DNA from: Vicinamibacterales bacterium
Lineage (GTDB): Bacteria; Acidobacteriota; Vicinamibacteria; Vicinamibacterales; UBA8438
Reading direction: 5' to 3'
Assembly (NCBI GenBank): GCA_030745255.1
Contig: JASLOY010000001.1
Span: 1 to 33,848 of the forward strand
DNA: 33,848 bases
Part shown: positions 18,128-24,621 of the stretch, one piece after another
Position numbering within the stretch: the stretch's first letter is position 1
Layout: each line of letters opens with the position of its first letter
Notes under the pieces: generated by a model
What the model saw: only the letters and a program-made list of their open reading frames with translations
What the model was told of the DNA's origin: nothing
Databases searched by the model: none
Translations under genes and position numbers: made by a program

Positions 18128-18527
18128 CGTCGTGTTGAAAGAATCGCCGTTGCCGCGCTACTTCGATCTCTTCAGCCTTGACATCGACAGCTATGACTAC
18201 TGGATCTGGCGTTCTCTTCAGGACTATCGCCCCACGATTGTTGTGGTGGAGTACAACCCTTTCTTTGCTCCCACAGAGGCGAAGACACTTCCTCTTAACC
18301 TGGCGACAGAGTGGCCGTACTTCGGCGCTAGCCCCGCCGCCTTGGAAAGCCTCGGCCGTGCCAAGGACTACCGGCTAGTTGGGTATACGAGCGGATTGAA
18401 CCTGTTCTTCGTGCTTGAACAATTCGCGCGTGGCCTGTTTGAACGGCTCCCGGTCCGCTGCGTTCCAACGGAGCCGCACGATGTCAGGCAGCAGTGGACG
18501 CAATGGGACCGCTTTGTAGATGTCTGA
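18081..18527 (+). CDS. FkbM-like methyltransferase, C-terminal fragment (frame +1 relative to 17714..18127)
   Basis: This frame is open from 18060. It continues the same domain: ENYVTMCRRVSAEGKDCLDVVLKESPLPRYFDLFSLDIDSYDYWIWRSLQDYRPTIVVVEYNP. It has no plausible independent N-terminus. Confidence 0.65.
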   Translation: MTMCRRVSAEGKDCLDVVLKESPLPRYFDLFSLDIDSYDYWIWRSLQDYRPTIVVVEYNPFFAPTEAKTLPLNLATEWPYFGASPAALESLGRAKDYRLVGYTSGLNLFFVLEQFARGLFERLPVRCVPTEPHDVRQQWTQWDRFVDV

Positions 18528-18607
18528 AAGCTAGAGATCGATCCGGGCGCCTGACAACCTGAGCCGACCCGCGGCGTCGATCCACGTCGCCTAGAAGTGT
18601 TGACGCT

Positions 18608-20647
18608 CTACGACTCCTCGAGGACCCGCTGGAGCCGGAGGGTGGCCACTTGAACAGACAGCCGTCTGGTGTCCTCCGAGAGTCCGAGTTCCTCAGGCGA
18701 GACGGCGTACCGATAGCGAAAACGCAGCTGATTCAGGTTGAACCGGAGTACCGCTGCGGGGATCTCAACGCGGTCGACCTGCATGCCCGGCTGAAGCGTC
18801 AGCGTCGCCACGGAGGTCGTGTTCACTTCTATCTCGACAGTCTGTGGTGGCAACCCAGGGCCGATGAATGGTCCCCACTCGAGTTCCAAGAGGTAGTCAT
18901 CCTCGTTCGTCTTGAGGGGAACAAGCACGGTTGACGTCTCGTTGTTTGCCCACCGAAACGAGAAACTTGGATGCTGTTCCCGCGCCGCCCACCCGTGCCC
19001 CAGGAACCGCTCGTCGTCTGGCGCACCAACGTCAATCAAGAGATTGTTGTACGTCCGGCCGCGTAGACGATCGTACACGGGCAGGCCCACATCGTACCGC
19101 CACGCGACGTAGGCGCCAATCGGCAGCGAGAACGGATTGCCGACGCGCTCGTACAACTCGTCCATGACGCTGTTGAACGCCACGCCCTCGGTTGGAGACA
19201 ACGTGCCGTTGCGATAGCCGAGCATGAACACGGTGTTGAATAGCAGTACGGCGCACAGGGTTACGACCGGCGCGATGAGCGGACGTCGCTGGACCGCGGC
19301 CAGGAGGCCAGCCAGGCCGATGGCGAAGACGAGCGCGCAGTTGGCAAAGCGTCGCGCACCAAAGCCCACGCCACCCCACCAGATCTCGACCGCCCCGTTG
19401 ATCCAGACCTGCGCGAGAAAACCGCCGGCCAGCACCAGGGCGACACGCCCGTGGTGGCGCGCGAAGAACATCAGACCAATCAGCGCAGCGCCGATGACGG
19501 GCGTCCACGACAGCAGCCCGCGGTTCGATGAAAAGAGAACGTCGGTCATGTACGGCGGAAGCAACGTCGGTTGAAACGCGTGCTCACGCACCGGTAGGTA
19601 GACCCACGATCCGTAGACGGCCTTCCAGAACACGAGTTGCGGCACGAACGCGGCGAATGCGGCTCCGGTGAACCTGACCAGGTCTCGGCTTCCTGCCCAC
19701 ACCCAAGCACGGCTGTCTCCGCTCCGAGCGCGCCAGGATGACCAGAGGAGATCACCCAGAGGCAGCACCACGAACGCGATGTTCTGCCACCGCACCATCG
19801 CCATGACGCCCGCCGCGGCACCAAGCCAGACCCAGGGCACCCGTGTCGGCAGGTCTCGAGATCTGTGCCAGAGGAAGAGGAACAGCGTGGTCGCGAACAT
19901 CGAGACGCCGTGCACCATCGAATTGTCGACAGTGAGATACCAGATCAGGAACGAGCTGCCGCACAACCCCAGCGTCGACAGGCAAGCCAGTCCCCTGGAG
20001 AAATACTTTCGCAACACCCGATAGATGAGGACGAGACCGACGAATCCGTACAGGAGTGTCCCGAGTCCGATGGCCCGCTGATACGGGAAGTAGTAGCCGT
20101 CGACGCGCAGATCTCCTCCCAGAAGATTCAGCGCGCCAAGCCAGACGTGGCCGAAGATGAAGAAGGGGCTCCAAAGGATTGGTGCACCGAAGGCGTACTG
20201 CCTCGCGCCGTGTCCGCCAAACTCCGCCTCATCGTTGGCGAAGTCGAGGTCCCAGTCCATGACCAGAGACCGCACCTGCACGAAGTAGGAGCGGCCGTCG
20301 GAAGCCGCTCGCTCGAAGCCCAGATGAAACAACAAGAGCAAGAGCAACAGGAATGCGACGAAGACGACACCGACGGCATCGAGCCTCGCGAAGTGCCGCA
20401 TCAGGAAACTGCGCGCGGGGGGTGCTACGTGTCGCGCCAACTGCCTGGTGACCAGCACGAGCACGAAGATGGCCATGAGCCAACCGGCGAGTACCGACGG
20501 GCCGTCGCGATACAGCCAGAGTAACGAGATGTGCCAGACAGCGAAGCAGGCGAGCAACAGGAGGGTCAGCGTGACGCCCCAGGCGTATCTCACCCACGCG
20601 GCCGGGTGACCGTCGTGGCTAAGTGGGTCGGTGGAAGACGCGACCAT
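18608..20647 (-). CDS. Polytopic membrane protein, GT-C-like candidate (paralogue family member 2) with C-terminal soluble domain
   Basis: 679-aa ORF with ATG 20647. First-loop motif SDGRSYFVQVRSLVMDWDLDFANDE. Later blocks are FGAPILWSPFF, VRWQN, FSSNRGLLSWTPVIG and WWGGVGFGARRFANC. The C-terminal ~190 aa are hydrophilic (FSFRWANNETSTVLV ... DTRRLSVQVATLRL). Confidence 0.85.
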   Translation of the reverse strand: MVASSTDPLSHDGHPAAWVRYAWGVTLTLLLLACFAVWHISLLWLYRDGPSVLAGWLMAIFVLVLVTRQLARHVAPPARSFLMRHFARLDAVGVVFVAFLLLLLLLFHLGFERAASDGRSYFVQVRSLVMDWDLDFANDEAEFGGHGARQYAFGAPILWSPFFIFGHVWLGALNLLGGDLRVDGYYFPYQRAIGLGTLLYGFVGLVLIYRVLRKYFSRGLACLSTLGLCGSSFLIWYLTVDNSMVHGVSMFATTLFLFLWHRSRDLPTRVPWVWLGAAAGVMAMVRWQNIAFVVLPLGDLLWSSWRARSGDSRAWVWAGSRDLVRFTGAAFAAFVPQLVFWKAVYGSWVYLPVREHAFQPTLLPPYMTDVLFSSNRGLLSWTPVIGAALIGLMFFARHHGRVALVLAGGFLAQVWINGAVEIWWGGVGFGARRFANCALVFAIGLAGLLAAVQRRPLIAPVVTLCAVLLFNTVFMLGYRNGTLSPTEGVAFNSVMDELYERVGNPFSLPIGAYVAWRYDVGLPVYDRLRGRTYNNLLIDVGAPDDERFLGHGWAAREQHPSFSFRWANNETSTVLVPLKTNEDDYLLELEWGPFIGPGLPPQTVEIEVNTTSVATLTLQPGMQVDRVEIPAAVLRFNLNQLRFRYRYAVSPEELGLSEDTRRLSVQVATLRLQRVLEES

Positions 20648-20724
20648 GATGCATGATACCGGTACAGTCGGCGGCTTCGAACGTCCGCTTCCAGGCTGTA
20701 CAGAGGCGTCGAATCAGATGACGT

Positions 20725-22644
20725 CTATCGCTCCCAGACGCTCAATTCATACGCCGACCAGGGCCGCTCCCTGGACTTCCCGGTCTGCTGGATGAGCAGC
20801 TCATCCGTGTCGTTCGGTGGAAAGTCGACCTCAATGGCGCTCCGAAGGAAGTTGTCACGCATCACGCCTCTGACCAGCGGCGGCAGCCCGCTCCCCTCGT
20901 AGAGGAGAGTTCTCGGCTTCGCTCCCCCGGCTTCGATTCTCAACTCTCTGGGGTAGTCGCCGAAACCCCTCCGGTGGAGATCCAGCCGGAGCCGCGCCAC
21001 GTTGCGGGACCGATCGAAGACGACAGCGATCCATTCGTCCCCCTGCTGCCTGCCACCAGTGAGCCATTCAGTGTTCACGTCTCCGTCGACGAGGAGCGGT
21101 AGCCGATCCTTGTTGTGTGACGCGTCGAGTGCGAACGCGGCATCAGGAATGCGTCGGATCTTGGCCGTCTCCCTAAAGGGGGGCGGCGCGTCCGCCAGAA
21201 AGAAACGCACCAGAGATCCCTCGCTCACCTCGCCGACCAGCTGGTCAGTCGCGGCCCGAAGCGCCTCCACGGTGCGCCGGCCACGCCGGACGTCCTGGTA
21301 GCGATCGGGGTCAATCACGACCTCCCGGATACCGGCTTCACGCCACGCCTTCAGTGCAGGCGCGACCTGCGTCCGATCATCCAGCGGCGAGGTGCTCCGG
21401 GCAAAGAAGCTGCGCAGCGATGGCCACTGCAATCCGCTCGCCTGCGACAGCGGATGCCTTCCAGCCCGGGTCGCCAGCGCCGCATCGAGACTGTCCGGAA
21501 AGAAGTCCTCCGGGACGACGGGCAGCCTCAGCCTGCCGCCGAAGCGCTCGACAGACACCCAGCGAGGCACGGCCTCGGCGTTCGCGCCGTCGGCGGCTAG
21601 CTGGTCGTGACCGGTAAGAATGCGTTCTGTCCGAGCCAGTTGATCTGACAGCCAGCTGGACTCGACCATGACGGCGCGCTGTTCAGGGTAGCGCAGGACA
21701 TTACCGGCGATCATGAGGCCGATCATGAGCCACAGGCCAACGCGCCACGCGAACTGCTTGACATCGAGCCGCGTCAACAGCAGCGATGCTCCAAACAGGA
21801 ACGCGACCTGGACGGAGAAGAAGTAGTACCAATACGAGTGATCGGGGATGGTGTAGACGGGTGGATGGCCGAGAATCATCAACGCACTCATCAGCCAGAG
21901 CCCGCCGACGACCGCGAGTACGAGCATCGTGTCGCAGACAAGTCGCCGCCGCCACACATCTGGTCCGTCCTGGGTCGGCGCGTGCCGCCAGTAGAACCCG
22001 ATCGCTAGCCCCACGGCTCCCCAGAGCGGCACGCCGCCCAGCCAGAACCCCGCCTGCCGGGCGATCAGCTCTCCTGCCCGGCTCCACAGTCCTTGATCCC
22101 AGAGCCCTGCTAGCTCCAGGCGTTGGAAGGTCAGATCCGGATGGTACCCGTTGAGACTGAACACCAACCACGGCGCGACGAGCTGATTGTAGAGGCTCCC
22201 GCTGACGAGGACCGCCAGCAACACTCCACCGATGGCGATCGAGGTTCGGCGATCCGGGCGCGACGAGGGGGGCGAGACCACGACCCACACCACGAACATC
22301 GAGAGGCACAAGACGAGGAAGAACACACCTTGACGATCGGCGAGCGACATGCCGAGCGCGAGGAGGAAGAGCCCGGCGAACGCCCAGGCAGACCGCCCTG
22401 GTGCGCGATGGCTTCTGAGCAGCGCGAGCAGCTGGAAGAGGAACAGGAGCAGCAGCACGGACAGGAGGATCTTGGCCGATCGGTAGAAGATGGCCGTCGA
22501 CGACTGCACGACGATCGTGCTGAGACACCAACTCAGGAGAAACGCCGTGGTGATTCGGTCCAGCCCCAGGAGTCGCCTGGCGCCAGCGGCGTAGAGCCCC
22601 ATGAGGGAGGCCAGACCCAAGACACCGCTAGTCGGCATCAACAA
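20725..22644 (-). CDS. Polytopic membrane protein with C-terminal F5/8 type C (discoidin/CBM32-like) domain; major fragment of a gene apparently split by a frameshift
   Basis: 639-aa ORF (TTG 22644), but the frame stays open upstream to 22743 and encodes sensible sequence there (GAYQARELSYLVDFFDAQVFARLYSWGILLL). About 10 or more TM helices. C-terminus: LLVDGDVNTEWLTGGRQQGDEWIAVVFDRSRNVARLRLDL ... YPRELRIEAGG ... WSAYELSVWER. Confidence 0.82.
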   Translation of the reverse strand: MLMPTSGVLGLASLMGLYAAGARRLLGLDRITTAFLLSWCLSTIVVQSSTAIFYRSAKILLSVLLLLFLFQLLALLRSHRAPGRSAWAFAGLFLLALGMSLADRQGVFFLVLCLSMFVVWVVVSPPSSRPDRRTSIAIGGVLLAVLVSGSLYNQLVAPWLVFSLNGYHPDLTFQRLELAGLWDQGLWSRAGELIARQAGFWLGGVPLWGAVGLAIGFYWRHAPTQDGPDVWRRRLVCDTMLVLAVVGGLWLMSALMILGHPPVYTIPDHSYWYYFFSVQVAFLFGASLLLTRLDVKQFAWRVGLWLMIGLMIAGNVLRYPEQRAVMVESSWLSDQLARTERILTGHDQLAADGANAEAVPRWVSVERFGGRLRLPVVPEDFFPDSLDAALATRAGRHPLSQASGLQWPSLRSFFARSTSPLDDRTQVAPALKAWREAGIREVVIDPDRYQDVRRGRRTVEALRAATDQLVGEVSEGSLVRFFLADAPPPFRETAKIRRIPDAAFALDASHNKDRLPLLVDGDVNTEWLTGGRQQGDEWIAVVFDRSRNVARLRLDLHRRGFGDYPRELRIEAGGAKPRTLLYEGSGLPPLVRGVMRDNFLRSAIEVDFPPNDTDELLIQQTGKSRERPWSAYELSVWER

Positions 22645-22948
22645 CAGGATGCCCCACGAGTACAGACGGGCAAAGACCTGCGCGTCGAAGAAATCGACCA
22701 GATAGCTCAGCTCCCTGGCCTGGTATGCCCCCCCAGTCGTTCAGCGAGGGGTCGAAGATGATCGCGGCGAGTGGCCGGTCTGCCAGATAGTTGAGAATGA
22801 AGGCCAGAGCCTCTTTGTCGACCAGGCCGCGTCCCCAGAATCCAACGGCATGAACGGCGAGCAGAATCGGCAGCAGCCAGACGGCCGAGTTCCAACGGCT
22901 TGCCGAGGTCTCATCACGATCGGCGAGGCTCGGCGTCGCGTCACCCAT
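22628..22948 (-). CDS. N-terminal fragment (first TM helix and loop) of the 20725..22644 membrane protein, separated by a frameshift at a G7 tract
   Basis: ATG 22948-22946 overlaps the upstream gene's stop by 8 nt (ATGGGTGA). It encodes MGDATPSLADRDETSASRWNSAVWLLPILLAVHAVGFWGRGLVDKEALAFILNYLADRPLAAIIFDPSLNDWG and then runs into the homopolymer. The sequence after the tract (GIPGQGAELSGRFLRRAGLCPS...) looks non-coding. Confidence 0.6.
   Translation of the reverse strand: MGDATPSLADRDETSASRWNSAVWLLPILLAVHAVGFWGRGLVDKEALAFILNYLADRPLAAIIFDPSLNDWGGIPGQGAELSGRFLRRAGLCPSVLVGHPVVDAD
22728..22734. repeat. Homopolymer tract C7 (G7 on the coding minus strand) at the frameshift point
   Basis: Direct count: 22727 g, 22728-22734 ccccccc, 22735 a. 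The tract lies inside the 22628-22743 interval where both reading frames are open. Confidence 0.95.
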
Positions 22949-24473
22949 CGGCTATCGAAAGACGGCGCAGCTTGTGGGCACACGCCGCCGCCAGACCCAG
23001 TGGGAGACCAGCAAGCACGAGCGCCACTGGAGCCGAAATGATGCGGAGATGAAACAGGTACATCCACCAGAGATCCAGACTGAACGCAAACTGTGAAGAG
23101 AAATCGCGTGCCAGACCTTCGGCAGCCTTCACTTCCGGGCGGGGCTCCGCACCTGACAGGTAGCGCGCGTTGAGCGGGACGGCCCTCATCGCGGCCTGCG
23201 TATTGAGCACGAGCGCCGCCGAGCCCCACTCCCACCGACGCGCTTCTATGGACCGATATCCAAGCTCAGGCGTGTGGCCGACCTTGGAGAAATCCAGGAG
23301 CACGCCGGGAATCTGGACCGCCACACTACAGATGAGGCCGGCAATCGCGGCACGCCGCCTGAATTCACCGCCTGGGCGCGCGAACCAGACCCCAAGGGGT
23401 AGGCAGAGAAACGGCAGCATCGGAAGCAGGTAGCGAGGGCCGTATGACCGTTCGCCCTCCCAATGAAAGAGCGATGCGTAGAAGCAAAACAGCGTCAACA
23501 TCACTCCGCCGAACAGAATGGCGGTTCGCCGATCGACTCGGCTGAACTCGGCCAGCGCTACCGCGCCCAGAATCAGCAGCGGTGAGTACAGAAACACGGA
23601 GCCTCCCGGGCTAACAAGGAATCCCCAAGCTCCAAGCCAGACTGACCCGATACCCGCCGTCTCATCCCGGAGGTAGCCGGTATCGATGGGGTTCCCGAAT
23701 CGTACAGCGTTGTAGTAGGCGGTTAGGAGGACCGCTACCACGATCGGTGCGGCCACGAGCGCCGTGGCCTGAAAGAACTGCCTCCACTTCGGCCGATACT
23801 CGAGCGCCAGCCAGAGGGTGACCGGCACCGCGATCAACACTAACTCATGGCGCACCAACAAGGCCCAGCCGATGCCAACACCGCCGGCCACCAGCATGCC
23901 CGGTCGAGCGAGGCGAGCACCTACCCAGACGCCGTACACCCCGGCGAGCACGCACAAGGTGGCGAGCGGGGCGCTGAACCCGAACTTGGAGTACGGCCAG
24001 AGCATCGTCGCGAATCCCAACGATAGGGCTGACAGGATGGCCAGCCGGATCGCGCCGAACAGCCTCCAGGTGAACCAGAAGGCCAGCCAGACAATCGCCG
24101 CCGCGGCCACCGCGCTCCCGACCACGAGGCTCGCCTTTCGCACGGCGTCGGCCTTGCCTACGTCGAGACCGGTCAGGCGCTCCGCCGTCGCGCCGGCCAG
24201 GTAGAACGGCGCGCTGTACAGGGCATGCCCGATGCCGTACGGCGCGTAGTACCGCCCGTCGACACCGCGGTGGGCCTCCATACCGAACACGTCGTACGAC
24301 ATCGCCACGGAACCGTGCTCGACGATGCTCTTCGTCACCTCGTAAGTCATGATGTCGGTGGCCATGCTGCCACCGGCCGTCGTGACGTAGAGGCAGAGAC
24401 TCAACAGGAAGACGAGCCGTCCGGCGTGGCTGACCTGCCTGGGTGTCTGGCGGACGATTCGATCCGGATGCAT
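22941..24473 (-). CDS. Polytopic membrane protein, GT-C-like (ArnT/PMT_2-like) glycosyltransferase candidate
   Basis: ORF 22941..24584 (TTG). I prefer ATG 24473-24471 (MHPDRIVRQTPRQVSHAGRLVFLLSLCLYV), because the 37 upstream codons are R/P/S-rich and look non-coding. First-loop motif GGSMATDIMTYEVTKSIVEHGSVAM. Later motifs GGSVFLYSPLLILG and HWEGERSYGPRYLLPMLPFL. Confidence 0.82.
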   Translation of the reverse strand: MHPDRIVRQTPRQVSHAGRLVFLLSLCLYVTTAGGSMATDIMTYEVTKSIVEHGSVAMSYDVFGMEAHRGVDGRYYAPYGIGHALYSAPFYLAGATAERLTGLDVGKADAVRKASLVVGSAVAAAAIVWLAFWFTWRLFGAIRLAILSALSLGFATMLWPYSKFGFSAPLATLCVLAGVYGVWVGARLARPGMLVAGGVGIGWALLVRHELVLIAVPVTLWLALEYRPKWRQFFQATALVAAPIVVAVLLTAYYNAVRFGNPIDTGYLRDETAGIGSVWLGAWGFLVSPGGSVFLYSPLLILGAVALAEFSRVDRRTAILFGGVMLTLFCFYASLFHWEGERSYGPRYLLPMLPFLCLPLGVWFARPGGEFRRRAAIAGLICSVAVQIPGVLLDFSKVGHTPELGYRSIEARRWEWGSAALVLNTQAAMRAVPLNARYLSGAEPRPEVKAAEGLARDFSSQFAFSLDLWWMYLFHLRIISAPVALVLAGLPLGLAAACAHKLRRLSIADG

Positions 24474-24592
24474 TACTCGATCGGAGGATGGCTCGGTGTC
24501 GCCGTCAGAATAGCATGGGAGACGGGTCGGAATTCTCGCGCCGTCGACTCGAATGTACCGTGCCGGCCGCGAGGGCGCACGCAACCATCGGC

Positions 24593-24598
24593 TATAAT
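24593..24598 (+). promoter_or_regulatory. Candidate -10 box (perfect TATAAT) for the 24622.. operon
   Basis: TATAAT at 24593-24598 in the divergent intergenic region. It is followed by the purine-rich GAGGAAGG (24609-24616) 5 nt before TTG 24622. No convincing -35 (TTGACA-like) hexamer sits at 17 nt spacing. Confidence 0.3.
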
Positions 24599-24621
24599 CG
24601 CGTCACTCGAGGAAGGCTCTC

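Noticed and set aside
18528-18607. Bidirectional intrinsic terminator between the convergent genes at 18527/18608.
   Set aside because: There are only short palindromes (GATCGATC, GGCGCC, CCGCGG). There is no extended GC-rich stem followed by a T/A tract on either strand.
20648-20724. Inverted repeat GTACAG (20662-20667) / CTGTAC (20696-20701) between two minus-strand membrane-protein genes.
   Set aside because: The stem is only 6 bp with a 28-nt loop and no U-tract. This is compatible with chance and is insufficient to call a terminator or regulatory hairpin.
24474-24584. The 37-codon N-terminal extension of the 22941.. membrane protein, from TTG 24584.
   Set aside because: The extension (MRAPSRPARYIRVDGARIPTRLPCYSDGDTEPSSDRV) looks like translated non-coding GC-rich DNA and would nearly abolish the divergent promoter region. 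ATG 24473, directly before the first TM helix region, is more plausible.
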